From: a candidate division CPR3 bacterium 4484_211
Lineage (GTDB): Bacteria > Patescibacteriota > 4484-211
DNA length: 64,000 bases
NCBI GenBank assembly: GCA_002084955.1
Contig: MZGJ01000006.1
Coordinates: forward strand, 2,027 to 66,026
Reading direction: 5' to 3'
Every line of letters starts with the position of its first letter. The first letter of the stretch is position 1. A program made the translations under genes and the position numbers. Under the pieces are notes generated by a model. It was not told the origin of the DNA and did no database searches. It saw only the letters and a program-made list of their open reading frames with translations. Below are positions 27,288-37,492 of this stretch, piece by piece.

Positions 27288-27719
27288 ATGGCGTTAATAA
27301 AATGGGATCCGTTTCGGGAATTCCGGCCTTTGGTGCGCTGGTCTTCTTTTCCTTTTGACTGGCTGGAGGAGGATTGGAGTAGTTCTATGGCCATGGATGT
27401 TTATGAGGAGGGGAACAATGTGGTGGTTAAGGCGGATCTGCCGGGCTTTAAGCCGGAGGAAGTGGATATTTCTGTGACCGAGGATTCGGTAACTATCCAG
27501 GCAGAGAGAAAAGAGGAGAAAGAGGAAAAGAAGAAAAAGAACTATCTGCGTCAGGAAAGGTTTTATACTCGTTGTGCGCGGACAGTCTCTCTTCCAGTGC
27601 CGGTGAAGGCGGAAGATGCAGATGCTGAATTTACAAATGGAACCTTGACGCTTACTTTGCCCAAGGCAAAGATAGAGAAGCCGAAGAAGGTTAAGGTGCG
27701 GGTAGGTGGTAAGAAGTAG
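27288..27719 (+). CDS. Hsp20 small heat-shock protein
   Basis: MDVYE..VVVKADLPG, RQER, AEFTNGTLTLTLPK; strong SD AAGGAGGTG upstream. Confidence 0.95.
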   Translation: MALIKWDPFREFRPLVRWSSFPFDWLEEDWSSSMAMDVYEEGNNVVVKADLPGFKPEEVDISVTEDSVTIQAERKEEKEEKKKKNYLRQERFYTRCARTVSLPVPVKAEDADAEFTNGTLTLTLPKAKIEKPKKVKVRVGGKK

Positions 27720-27794
27720 TGTTGGGAGACAGGGGCAAAGAAGGCTTGTTTTCTTTTCCAAACCCGGCAGCAGCCGGGTTTTGGTTTGAGGATT

Positions 27795-28892
27795 ATGATG
27801 CTCCAGACCCTGCGTTTAAAAAACTTTCGCAATTTCAAGAATTTTTCCCTGTCTTTGAGCGGTAAGGTAAATGTCATTACCGGTCCTAACGGGGTTGGAA
27901 AAACTAATCTTCTGGAGGCGATTTTTCTGTTGGCCAAAGGGAAGTCTTTTAGGACGACTTCTAATGGATACTTAATTGGGGTTCCAAGTGGAAATTCTCC
28001 AAGTACGGGTATTGCTTTTATTGAAGGGTTAGTTCGAGGCGATAACGAGTTAGAAACAACTCTGGGAATGAGCTTGAGTAATGGGAGCAAAAAATATTTA
28101 GTTAATGGTAAGGATAGCAGTTATCAGGATTTCCGTCCCCGATTTCATGCGGTGATTTTTTCTCCCCGTGACTTGGATATTATTATTGGCGATCCGTCTT
28201 TACGCCGTGCTTTTCTGGATGAGCTTAATGGGGATGGTTCCGGTGAGTACGTTAACATTAGTACCGATTATCGGCATGTTTTGCGCCAACGAAATCAATT
28301 ACTTTCCAGGGGGAAGTTTTCTGCTGCAGAATTAGACTATTGGGATGCTCAGCTGGTTGATTTAGGTTCGGCGATAATTGCGGAAAGAAAACGAGCGGTG
28401 GATAATTTAAACCAACGACTTGATGCGGGACATCTATTTCTGGAGTATTTTCCTAGTCCAAGGATTATAAAAGAAGAGTTAGAACAGGTTGATGATTGGA
28501 CAGGTGGAAAAGTTGGAGAATTATTTCGGCATAAGTTGAAAGAGATAGTGGAGAGAGAAAAGGAGATTGGCTTTACCTTGATTGGTCCACAACGAGACGA
28601 GTTAAAATTTTTTGGTCTGGTGGATTCGTCTGGCGTTAAAAGGGACTTGGCTGTTTTTGGGTCCAGAGGGCAGCAAAGAATGGCCGTGGTGCACTTAAAA
28701 AGAGCGCAGCTGGAGTTATTGAGGGCAAAGTTAGAAGAGTGTCCCGTTCTTCTTTTGGATGATGTTTTTTCAGAGTTGGATGAACACTGCCGGGAAATTT
28801 TGTTGCCCATTTTTGATTATCAACAAACTGTTGTCACCGCGGTAAGCTTGCCCAAGGGGATTGAAGCATCTATGTCGGTGGAGCTGAAGTAG
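27795..28892 (+). CDS. recF: DNA replication/repair protein RecF
   Basis: NFRN, GPNGVGKTNLLEAI, GPQRD, GSRGQQR, LLLDDVFSELD. Confidence 0.95.
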   Translation: MMLQTLRLKNFRNFKNFSLSLSGKVNVITGPNGVGKTNLLEAIFLLAKGKSFRTTSNGYLIGVPSGNSPSTGIAFIEGLVRGDNELETTLGMSLSNGSKKYLVNGKDSSYQDFRPRFHAVIFSPRDLDIIIGDPSLRRAFLDELNGDGSGEYVNISTDYRHVLRQRNQLLSRGKFSAAELDYWDAQLVDLGSAIIAERKRAVDNLNQRLDAGHLFLEYFPSPRIIKEELEQVDDWTGGKVGELFRHKLKEIVEREKEIGFTLIGPQRDELKFFGLVDSSGVKRDLAVFGSRGQQRMAVVHLKRAQLELLRAKLEECPVLLLDDVFSELDEHCREILLPIFDYQQTVVTAVSLPKGIEASMSVELK

Positions 28893-28992
28893 AAAAACTG
28901 GTGCGATTGTGAAGAAAATTCGCGCGTTTGTTAGGATTGGATTGTCTAATTGGCTATCGGTTGTTGATTGCTGACTGTTGAATTCCAAATTT

Positions 28993-29874
28993 ATGATTCA
29001 CTTAATCTATGGACAAGATAGCTATCGGGCAAAGAAGGAAATTGATTCCTTAGCCGAGAAATTTTCAGGAAAGCGGATTATCTTTGGAGAAGATTTAGAG
29101 ACAATTAACTTGGATCAGCTTTTTAGGCAACAGTCTCTTTTTGGTAAACAGCCTCTAATTGTCTTTCGGGATATTTTGAGAATTGCTGATCAGAAGGGAT
29201 TCATGAAGATCCGGGATCTTCACGGGGGCGCGGGGGTAGTGTTTTGGGAAACGGGGGAAGTGGATCGGCGATTAAGGTTGGTAAAATGGCTGTTAAAAAA
29301 CGCCCGGGTGAAGAAGTTTACCCCCCTTAAAATTAATGAGGTTAGAAAGTGGATTTATGAGTATCTGAGTGAAAAAGAAATTGAGTCCGCGGCGGTGGAA
29401 ATGTTGATAGATCACCATGGAAATAATCTGATTTTGTTGGAGCAGGAGTTAAAGAAATTACAAAGTTATACCGATGGTCGCGCGATTACCCTGTCCGATA
29501 TAGACCAACTGTGTGTCCGGAGCGTAGAGGCAAATATATTTTCCTTTGTTGATGCCCTCAGTGTGGGGGATCAAAAGAAAGCGGGTCAGCTCTTATCTAA
29601 TCTTTTAGACGAAGGTCAAGATCCGTGGTATTTGTTTTCGATGATTGTTCGCCAGTTTCGCCTCTTGATCCTCTCGCATTTTAAAAAGGGACTAAAAGGG
29701 CAACACCCATTTGTGGTGCAGAAAATTAGACAACAGGCGGGCAGGTGGGAAATAAAGCGGTTAAAAAAAGTGTATGAATGTCTTTTGGGAATTGATGCCG
29801 GGGCGAAGACAGGCCAAAAAGACTTGGAAACAGAACTTTGGCTATTGCTGGCGGAGCTTCACCGATTAACCTAA
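28993..29874 (+). CDS. holA: DNA polymerase III delta subunit
   Basis: LIYGQD, QSLFG, LEQELKKL, NIFSFVDAL, HPFV, DxxxKTG. Confidence 0.9.
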   Translation: MIHLIYGQDSYRAKKEIDSLAEKFSGKRIIFGEDLETINLDQLFRQQSLFGKQPLIVFRDILRIADQKGFMKIRDLHGGAGVVFWETGEVDRRLRLVKWLLKNARVKKFTPLKINEVRKWIYEYLSEKEIESAAVEMLIDHHGNNLILLEQELKKLQSYTDGRAITLSDIDQLCVRSVEANIFSFVDALSVGDQKKAGQLLSNLLDEGQDPWYLFSMIVRQFRLLILSHFKKGLKGQHPFVVQKIRQQAGRWEIKRLKKVYECLLGIDAGAKTGQKDLETELWLLLAELHRLT

Positions 29875-30171
29875 TTTATTGATGTGAGCGGCGAGTCTAG
29901 ATTTTATCCTTGAGGCTTTATTTTTATGGATGACCTTTTTTTTGGCTGCGTAGTCTAGTTGCCGGTAGGCCTCGGGCAGGGCTTCCAGGGCCAAATCTTT
30001 ATTTTTGCTAATTATAGCCTTGCGAATGCGTTTTATTACCTCCTTGTACTTGCGTTTGGTGCGCAGGTTGTAGGCTCTTTTCCTTTTTGAAGCTCTTAGG
30101 GCTTTAAGGGCAGACCTGCCTTTTGGTTTTAAGGGTTTGTCCTCCGGTTTGGAGGTGGTGTTTTGCGGCAT
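29866..30171 (-). CDS. rpsT: 30S ribosomal protein S20
   Basis: SALKALRAS..YN, LDYAAKKKVIHKNKASRIKSRL. Confidence 0.95.
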   Translation of the reverse strand: MPQNTTSKPEDKPLKPKGRSALKALRASKRKRAYNLRTKRKYKEVIKRIRKAIISKNKDLALEALPEAYRQLDYAAKKKVIHKNKASRIKSRLAAHINKLG

Positions 30172-30246
30172 GATGTTCCCAAGTATAGCACGAGAATGTA
30201 TAATCATCAACAGGTGCGAAGAGTGGAAGGACATCAGGACCAAAAG

Positions 30247-31959
30247 ATGGACTCTTCATTTTTAGGAAAAATGTTGCATCGTGTAATCAAAAACGGTTTC
30301 AAGAATGGAGCCTCGGTTATCTTTCAGCAGCAGCGGACAATTTTTTCCAGCGCGGCGGTGATTTCGGTTATGGTTCTTATCTCGGCGCTGTTGGGATTGG
30401 TGCGTAAGCGGCTTTACGCTGGGATATTGGCCGCAGGCCCAGATTATGATACGTTGGTGGCCGCTTTTAGAATTCCTGACCTTGTCTTTCAGTTGTTGGT
30501 GGCAGGATCACTTAATGCCGCTTTTATCCCTCTCTTTTCTCGATACATTGTTACCGATAAACCAGAAGGGGCATGGAAATTTGCCTCCTTGGTTCTTAAT
30601 TTCACTCTAGTCTTCTTTGTTTTTCTTTCGGCCCTGGGAATGTTTTTTGCCTTTCCGCTGTCGCAGATATTAGCTCCTGGGTTTTCCTTTAACCAGCAGG
30701 TTCAGCTTGCTCATCTAATGCGGGTAGTTTTTTTGTCCCCTATCCTTCTGGGTGTCAGCAGTTTTGTTGGGGGAATGGTGCAATCGTTTAAAAGGTTTCT
30801 AATCCCCTTCTTTTCTCCTGTTGTTTATAACCTGGGGGCAATTTTTGGCATCTTGTTTCTTTATCCACTTTTTGGGCTTTCTGGTATGGCTTGGGGCATA
30901 GTTTTGGGTTCATTTTTACACCTGTTGGTTCAGTTGCCTCTTCTGAGACATTTGGGATTTAGATATCTTTTTTGCTTTTCCTGGAGAGAGCCTGCTCTTA
31001 GAGAGTTGTTGCGCTTGGCACTGCCTCGAACCATCTGGGCGGTCATTTCCGAAGCCAAAGAGATAATTGTGGTGCGTTTGGCTTCCATGCTAGCGGCGGG
31101 ATCAATTAGCGTTTTGGATTACGGACAGGCGGTGGTGCGTTTCCCGGTTTCTATTTTTGGCGCTTCTATTGCGCAGGCGGCGTTGCCGAGTCTTAGTGAA
31201 CAGGTAGCTAAGGGGAATTTAAAGAAGTTCCGTTCTATTTTTGTTAACTCGCTTTTGCAGATTATCTATATTTTGGCGCCGGTCAGTGTGGTCTTTATTA
31301 TTTTAAAAATTCCCCTGGTTCGGTTGGTTTTTGGTACCGGAAATTTTAGTTGGTCGGATACTCTGATGACCAGTTGGGTGGTGGCTCTGTTTTCATTAAG
31401 TCTTTTGGCCCAAGCCGGCAAAGAGCTTGTAGTTCGCGGATTTTATGCTCTGAGAGACTCTGATACACCGGTAATTGTGGGGGTTTTTTCTTTGTGTCTA
31501 GGTTTGGTTTTGGCGGTGATTTTAATACCCAGATGGGGAGTAAGGGGCATCGTTTTGGGGCTTTCTTTTGGTTTTCTTGTAGAGTTTGGTCTTCTGCTGG
31601 GGTTGTTTTTGAGAAAAGCTGCCATCTCTTTGGGCGCATTGTTGCCGGCGGTTATAAAAATATTTGTTTCATCTGTGGTTATGGCGGCGGCGGTCTATTT
31701 CCCGGTAAAGATTTTAGACCAGATTTTTATTGACACGAGGCTGGTGGTAAACTTGGTAGTTTTGGTTTGGGTAGTCTTGACCTTTGGAGGAAGCGTTTAT
31801 TTGCTGTTGACTTGGTTCCTGGGCTGTAAGCAGATAGAAATTTTCTTTTTGATTCTTTTGAAGTTAAAGAATTGGCGTGAAGTATTGACTAGTTTTAAGG
31901 ATCTATCTCCACAGACAATTCAGTCTATTGATGGCGAAGAAAGCGGGGGAATAGATTAA
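30247..31959 (+). CDS. murJ: Lipid II flippase MurJ
   Basis: SALLGLVR, AAFRIPD, AAFIPLF, many TMs, RGFYALRD. Confidence 0.93.
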   Translation: MDSSFLGKMLHRVIKNGFKNGASVIFQQQRTIFSSAAVISVMVLISALLGLVRKRLYAGILAAGPDYDTLVAAFRIPDLVFQLLVAGSLNAAFIPLFSRYIVTDKPEGAWKFASLVLNFTLVFFVFLSALGMFFAFPLSQILAPGFSFNQQVQLAHLMRVVFLSPILLGVSSFVGGMVQSFKRFLIPFFSPVVYNLGAIFGILFLYPLFGLSGMAWGIVLGSFLHLLVQLPLLRHLGFRYLFCFSWREPALRELLRLALPRTIWAVISEAKEIIVVRLASMLAAGSISVLDYGQAVVRFPVSIFGASIAQAALPSLSEQVAKGNLKKFRSIFVNSLLQIIYILAPVSVVFIILKIPLVRLVFGTGNFSWSDTLMTSWVVALFSLSLLAQAGKELVVRGFYALRDSDTPVIVGVFSLCLGLVLAVILIPRWGVRGIVLGLSFGFLVEFGLLLGLFLRKAAISLGALLPAVIKIFVSSVVMAAAVYFPVKILDQIFIDTRLVVNLVVLVWVVLTFGGSVYLLLTWFLGCKQIEIFFLILLKLKNWREVLTSFKDLSPQTIQSIDGEESGGID

Positions 31960-33757
31960 GGGGCAGCTTTATTTTGCCAAACCTTTTGAGCCTCTTTTTA
32001 CCTTTTTTTTGTTTTTGCAGGAGTTTATCTTTTCTCGTGCGATCACCGCCGTAGAGTTTGGCGGTGACGTCTTTTTTTATAGCCTTGAGGTCGGTGCGGG
32101 CGATAATTCTCCCGTTAACGGCGGCTTGAATGGGTACAGCAAATTGCTGATGAGGAAGAAGCTTTTTAAGTTTATGGACTCCTTCCTGTGCTTTTTGGAC
32201 AGCCTTGGTTCTGGGCAGGAGTAAAGAAAGGGGTTCAATGACTTGTCTGTTTATTAAAAAGTCTAGTTTAACAATGTCTGATCTGCGGTAGTCTAATAGT
32301 TCGTAGTCAAATGAGGCAAATCCGGAAGTTGCCGATTTCAACCGTTGAAAGAAGTTCTCAAAAAGTTCGTTTAGGGGAAGAAGACAGGTAAGCTTTAACT
32401 GTTGGCTGTTTTCCTGCCCCAGAATATCTGTGGACTGTAGTTTCCCTCGACTGATTTGACAAACCCGCATGACCTTGCCCAGATATTGATGGGGGGAGAT
32501 GATGACCGCTTTTATCCAGGGCTCGTGGATGGACTCAATTTGGTCTGGCGGGGGAAGATTTGAGACTGAGGTAATGGTGATGACCTCTTTGTCTTTCTTG
32601 ATTACGCGGTAGGGGACTGTTGGTGCCGTACTGATTACCGAGAGACTAAATTCTCGTTCTAACCTTTCCCGAATTATCTCTAGGTGAAATTGTCCCAGGC
32701 ATCCGATGCGGAATCCGCTTCCTAGAATAGGGGAAGATTCGGGCGTAAAGGTTAAAGAGGCATCGTTTAATGACAGTTTGGATAGAGCTTCTTTAAGATT
32801 GTTGATGTTTTGGGCTTCTGCCGGGTAGAGTCCGGCAAAAACTCTTGGTTTAATCTTTTGATAGCCCGGCAGAGCGGTAATTTTTAATTTTTCTTTTTTG
32901 ACTTCCGACTTTGTTATCGTGTCCCCCACGGCGCCGAGTTTAATGTTTTTTAACCCGGTGGCCAGGTAGCCGACCTCTCCGGTGGTTAGGCGGGGCTGCG
33001 GTTGTAGATTTGCTTTTAGATAGCCGATTTCTAGAGGAACAAAGGAGGTATCATTGGCCATGAGTTTGAGCCGGGGAAAAGATTGTTTTTGGAATCTTAT
33101 GTCTCCGTCGACAATTTTAACCAGTAGGACAACGCCTTGGTGGTCGTCATAGTACGAGTCAAAAACTAGTCCGCGCAATGGTTTTTGAGGAGATCCGGAG
33201 GGTGGAGGGATTTTCTTGACAATAGACTCGAGTAGTTCTTCTATCCCCTGTCCTGTTTTCCCCGAGGTTTTTATAATTTCCTCCTTTTTAAACCCCAAAC
33301 TGATCAGCTGTTGCTCGGCGGAAGAATTTAGGTTAAGGTCAATTTTATTGATGACTGGAATTAAAGCTAATCCGAGTTTTTTGGCAGTTTGAAAGTGGGA
33401 AAGTGTTTGCGCCTGCACCCCCTGAGACAGATCAACGAGAAGAATAGCCCCCTCGCAGGCGGCTAGTGATCGTGAAACTTCGTAGGAAAAGTCCACATGA
33501 CCGGGGGTATCAATGAGGTTTAGAATGAAATTCTGATTTTGATCTGCAGTTGATCTTTTGTATTCAGTCCTAATTGGCTGCAGTTTGATGGTGATGCCTT
33601 TTTCCTGCTCCAGATCCATTTTATCTAAATAACGGTCTCGCATTTCCCGCTGTGGGATAGCCCGGGTAATTTCCAAAATTCGATCGGTTAGTGTGGTTTT
33701 GCCGTGGTCAATGTGGGCGATGATAGAAAAATTGCGGATGTGGTCTTGCTTGTTCAT
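31925..33757 (-). CDS. lepA: Elongation factor 4
   Basis: IRNFSIIAHIDHGKTT, DTPGHVDFSYEVSRSLAACEG, KDVTAKLYGGD. Confidence 0.97.
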   Translation of the reverse strand: MNKQDHIRNFSIIAHIDHGKTTLTDRILEITRAIPQREMRDRYLDKMDLEQEKGITIKLQPIRTEYKRSTADQNQNFILNLIDTPGHVDFSYEVSRSLAACEGAILLVDLSQGVQAQTLSHFQTAKKLGLALIPVINKIDLNLNSSAEQQLISLGFKKEEIIKTSGKTGQGIEELLESIVKKIPPPSGSPQKPLRGLVFDSYYDDHQGVVLLVKIVDGDIRFQKQSFPRLKLMANDTSFVPLEIGYLKANLQPQPRLTTGEVGYLATGLKNIKLGAVGDTITKSEVKKEKLKITALPGYQKIKPRVFAGLYPAEAQNINNLKEALSKLSLNDASLTFTPESSPILGSGFRIGCLGQFHLEIIRERLEREFSLSVISTAPTVPYRVIKKDKEVITITSVSNLPPPDQIESIHEPWIKAVIISPHQYLGKVMRVCQISRGKLQSTDILGQENSQQLKLTCLLPLNELFENFFQRLKSATSGFASFDYELLDYRRSDIVKLDFLINRQVIEPLSLLLPRTKAVQKAQEGVHKLKKLLPHQQFAVPIQAAVNGRIIARTDLKAIKKDVTAKLYGGDRTRKDKLLQKQKKGKKRLKRFGKIKLPLNLFPRFLRHQ

Positions 33758-33817
33758 GGTGTCTATTCTATCATTCCTCCTTTGTGTATCGGTAATGTCA
33801 GATACTTCCAAGAATCA

Positions 33818-34500
33818 TGGGCGGGACATAATTTTAAGATTTAACTGTGAAGCTCTACCGCCTTGGAAGCGGATGTCACACCGTTTATGATTACAACCGG
33901 GTTGGACATTTACAATCCATCCTCTGAGGGGGAAAACATGCTGAAACCGAACTCTATTAAAATAATCTCAGTGATGATAAACTAGTTTATCATACTAACC
34001 CTGACATTGTTTTTAAGACTTGCTTATATACAAGCCAAAACGCGCATGTATGATAGACTAGTCTATCATACTAAGAGTTTTTTTTGGGGATGTAGCAGTG
34101 TAGTGACGTGGTAGTAGTAATGTGGCAGTAGGGTTAGGAGCCGCCTCTCTCCAAGGAGTGAATTCGTAAAATGGCAGATTTCAAATAAGGTCCAAATTAC
34201 AACTTTCCAAATTTTAAACACTGAAAATTTTTGATTATTTGAATTTTGGATTTGTTTGTAATTTGGCGCTTGGTTATTATCATCATAACTGGAACATGAT
34301 GCCATACTTTACTTGTAATATCAGATTCTTGCCGTGTACCGAATGGTACTGCGGTTTGTCCGCGTTCGGAGCGCACACTGAAGGCAGCAATAGTTATTTG
34401 AATGGGGTGACACCCTCTTTGAGGGTGTCACCCTTCTAAGCGCGTGCTGATTATGGTACCGCCAGAGTACACGGCAAGGGTGCACTATTACGAGCTGGAC
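33818..34500. repeat. Composite intergenic mosaic, inverted homologue of the 16.4-17.2 kb block, ending in a full MITE A (34287-34500, hairpin 34405-34433)
   Basis: Same module order in reverse complement. Confidence 0.8.
33974..34069. repeat. Palindrome-P pair 2 (33974-33993, 34050-34069; period 76)
   Basis: ATGATAAACTAGTTTATCAT (symmetric double change) and the perfect consensus. Confidence 0.95.
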
Positions 34501-34556
34501 AGCTAATGGCGGTAGACTTTTGGTTTTATTGAAAAAATGGTATTATCCAAAAAGAG

Positions 34557-35870
34557 ATGATTCTAGAAAAGTTTAAAAAGAAGCAGATAGCCAAAAAAAG
34601 TGCTGATTTCTCCCGTTGGTATATTGATACTGTCCTCCAGGCCGGTTTGGCCGATTATACTCCGGTTAAGGGGTGTATTATCTTTAGGCCTTATGGTTAC
34701 GCGCTATGGGAAAGTATCCAAAAAGAATTAGATGGCAAGATTAAGAAAATGGGTGCCAAAAATGCTTATTTCCCCTCGTTTATTCCCGAGAAATTGCTAA
34801 AAAGAGAAAAGGAGCACGTAGAAGGTTTTTCTCCAGAGCTGGCGGTGGTGACTATTGGAGGCGGCAAAAAATTAGAAGAACCTTTGGTGGTGCGCCCAAC
34901 CTCAGAGACCATAATGTATGAGATGTTTGCTAAATGGATTCAGAGTTGGCGGGACCTGCCCTTAAAAATTAACCAGTGGTGCAATGTGGTGCGGTGGGAA
35001 AAGAGAACCCTGCCCTTCATCCGAACAACGGAGTTTTTATGGCAAGAAGGACATACTGCTCATGCTACCCACAAAGAGGCTTTAGACCAGGTCCGCAAGG
35101 CCATGGATGCTTATATCGAGCTGTATCGGCAACATCTGGCTTTACATGGGGTTGCGGGTTATAAAAGTGCCAGCGAAAAATTTGCCGGTGCAGAGCGCAG
35201 TGTGAGTTATGAGATGCTAATGCCCGACGGTAGGGCTTTGCAGGCTAGCACTTCGCATGATTTGGGGCAAAATTTTGCCAGAGCTTTTGAGGTTAAATTT
35301 CAGGACAAAGAAGGAAGAACCCAGTATGTTTGGCAGACATCTTGGGGTCTTTCTACTCGGGCGTTAGGCGGCATGATTATGGTGCATGGTGATGATAATG
35401 GCCTTATTTTGCCTCCTCAAGTTGCTCCAATTCAAATTGTGGTGATTCCAATATTCTCAGATAGCAAGGGAGAGTCCCAAGTGAAGGACTTTATTAACCA
35501 AATTAAGCTGCAGTTGTCTGGATTTCGAGTGGAGATTGATAACCGTGAGACCTACTCGCCCGGCTGGAAATTTAATGAGTGGGAATTAAAAGGAGTGCCC
35601 CTGCGGCGGCTTTATCAACGATCTAGATTATTTGTGCAGCAGAATACTCGTGAGGTAAATGACTATAATGAATTTAAGCGAATTATGGCCGGACCGCGCG
35701 GCTTTATTAGAGCTTTCTGGTGTGGAAATCCGGAGTGTGAAAACAAAATTAAAGAGGAGACTAAGGCGACCACACGCTGTCTGCCCCTGAGTGCTAAAGA
35801 GGAAAAAGGGAAATGCATCTACTGCGGTGAAGAGGCCCACCACCGCTGGCTCTTTGCCCAGGCATACTAA
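34557..35870 (+). CDS. proS: Proline--tRNA ligase (archaeal/eukaryote type) with apparent internal in-frame deletion
   Basis: VRPTSET, NQWCNVVRWE, EFLWQEGHT, WQTSWGLSTR, C-terminal Cys cluster and FAQAY; anticodon domain looks short. Confidence 0.92.
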   Translation: MILEKFKKKQIAKKSADFSRWYIDTVLQAGLADYTPVKGCIIFRPYGYALWESIQKELDGKIKKMGAKNAYFPSFIPEKLLKREKEHVEGFSPELAVVTIGGGKKLEEPLVVRPTSETIMYEMFAKWIQSWRDLPLKINQWCNVVRWEKRTLPFIRTTEFLWQEGHTAHATHKEALDQVRKAMDAYIELYRQHLALHGVAGYKSASEKFAGAERSVSYEMLMPDGRALQASTSHDLGQNFARAFEVKFQDKEGRTQYVWQTSWGLSTRALGGMIMVHGDDNGLILPPQVAPIQIVVIPIFSDSKGESQVKDFINQIKLQLSGFRVEIDNRETYSPGWKFNEWELKGVPLRRLYQRSRLFVQQNTREVNDYNEFKRIMAGPRGFIRAFWCGNPECENKIKEETKATTRCLPLSAKEEKGKCIYCGEEAHHRWLFAQAY

Positions 35871-35891
35871 ATTGAGAAGGAAAAAGTTGCC

Positions 35892-37145
35892 TCAGGCAAA
35901 CATTAGCCATTCCGGCTTAAATAGAAGCAGAAGGCCGATAATTAGAATTACCGCCCCGCCGATTAGACGTGAATAGCGTGCATATTTAGTTTCAATTCCC
36001 ATAACATGTAGGGTGATCATGGCCGCAAAAAAGACAAAAAGATCGTCGATCATAAAAAAGAAAATATAGATAATCAGGTAGAGGTAGTATTCCCAGGCGG
36101 GAAGATGGTTTAGGCTTAATACTTGGGTATACACGGCTGGCAGTCCAACAGAGCAAATTAATTCCACTAAGTTAACCACAAAAGCCAGGAAACTAATCCC
36201 GATTAAGGAAAGAACAATAGACTGTTCTTTAACGATTTTTTTAAGCCTTTCCAGTGTTTGTTTCTTTTTCTCGGGGTTTCCCACTTTACAGACAGCCTTT
36301 TTATTCTTCCAGTAGTCAAAAAAGTTATATCCGGAAATGCCAAGAGCGGCAATTCCGATGGCTATCCTAATTAGTTTGATAAAGCCTACAAACAGAAAAA
36401 AGTTTAGCCAGGCGGTCATAAATAGGAAGTAAACCAATCCGGAGATGAAGATAAAAACGGAACCCAGTAGCCAGCGGCGGGAACGGCTGGGGATGTCCAA
36501 AAGGAGAATAATTAGAAAGACCAATGCCCACATGGCGCAGGGATTAAAACCGTCAAGTAGGCCTAGGGTAATAGTGAGGGCCGGTAGAGAAAGGTCTTTA
36601 ATTTTTATTTCACCAACAAGAGGCAGATTAATTTTATCTAGTCCGCTTGCCAGCGAGTGATTTTGCTCTTGGCAAGAGCCGTCGGGGTGAGCGGGGGTAA
36701 TCTGAGGAGAGATGATTGACCCGACAAGATCGTGGCATCCTTTTGTTAAAGCGATTTGGATTAATTGATCAATGCGGGCGCCGGTGGTTTGATCATCATA
36801 ATATCCCAAAGTATATTGGTCGCCGATGACGGTAAAAGGAACCGCTCCCTGTTTGTTGACTCCCATTTTTTGACTAACTTTAAAAAGAAGCTGTGCATTT
36901 TGGGGGTTGGAACCTACCTCAAATTTCCTTAAGTTTACTGTGGGATATTTTTGTAGTACAGAGCTTAGAAATGTTTCCTCTTTGGCGCAATGAGGACAGG
37001 TTTTGGAATAAAAGAAGTAGATTGTTATCTTATTAGAAGATGCAGGCTGTTCGGCCCGAACGGTAAGTGCGGCCTGTTTGTGGGTGGCCGCTAAAAGGTA
37101 AGATAGAGTGCCCAGTAGAGTAATTATTTTTTTGAATTGGGACAT
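35892..37145 (-). CDS. Exported thioredoxin/glutaredoxin domain fused to a DsbD/CcdA-like TM domain
   Basis: FFYSKTCPHC, AVPF, GLLDGFNPCAMW, VELICSVG. Confidence 0.82.
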   Translation of the reverse strand: MSQFKKIITLLGTLSYLLAATHKQAALTVRAEQPASSNKITIYFFYSKTCPHCAKEETFLSSVLQKYPTVNLRKFEVGSNPQNAQLLFKVSQKMGVNKQGAVPFTVIGDQYTLGYYDDQTTGARIDQLIQIALTKGCHDLVGSIISPQITPAHPDGSCQEQNHSLASGLDKINLPLVGEIKIKDLSLPALTITLGLLDGFNPCAMWALVFLIILLLDIPSRSRRWLLGSVFIFISGLVYFLFMTAWLNFFLFVGFIKLIRIAIGIAALGISGYNFFDYWKNKKAVCKVGNPEKKKQTLERLKKIVKEQSIVLSLIGISFLAFVVNLVELICSVGLPAVYTQVLSLNHLPAWEYYLYLIIYIFFFMIDDLFVFFAAMITLHVMGIETKYARYSRLIGGAVILIIGLLLLFKPEWLMFA

Positions 37146-37298
37146 TTTCAACTAAAGAATGCTGTCTTGAGACAAAAATGCGGGTATTTTCCGGCTCTTT
37201 GTGATGTTGTCTTGGTCTTGACCATGTCGGCTAGATATGTTTTTAGTATATTTGACCACTCTGGTGGAAGAAAGGTTTTGTCTTTTGAAAATTAAACT

Positions 37299-37374
37299 TG
37301 GCGCCCCTGGAGGGACTCGAACCCCCAATCTTTGGTTCCGGAAACCAATGTTCTCTCCATTGAACTACAGGGGC
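37299..37374 (-). tRNA. tRNA-Arg(CCG)
   Basis: Cloverleaf on the reverse strand; anticodon arm TTGGT-TTCCGGA-ACCAA; GGTTCGAGTCC; encoded CCA. Confidence 0.95.
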
Positions 37375-37492
37375 TTACCTTTCCGGGGTCTTTTGTAATT
37401 TTACCATAAGTTGCCGGGTGTTTTGGGGCAAGGCCTTGGATGTTGTTGTAGGCTTCATGAAGGGCTCGTGAAGAGCCGGGTATTGTTTTGCC

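Noticed and set aside
27294-28810. Long antisense ORFs over hsp20 and recF, likewise 42231..42987 over smpB and 22320..22816 over pgk
   Set aside because: Shadow frames of well-supported genes on the opposite strand.
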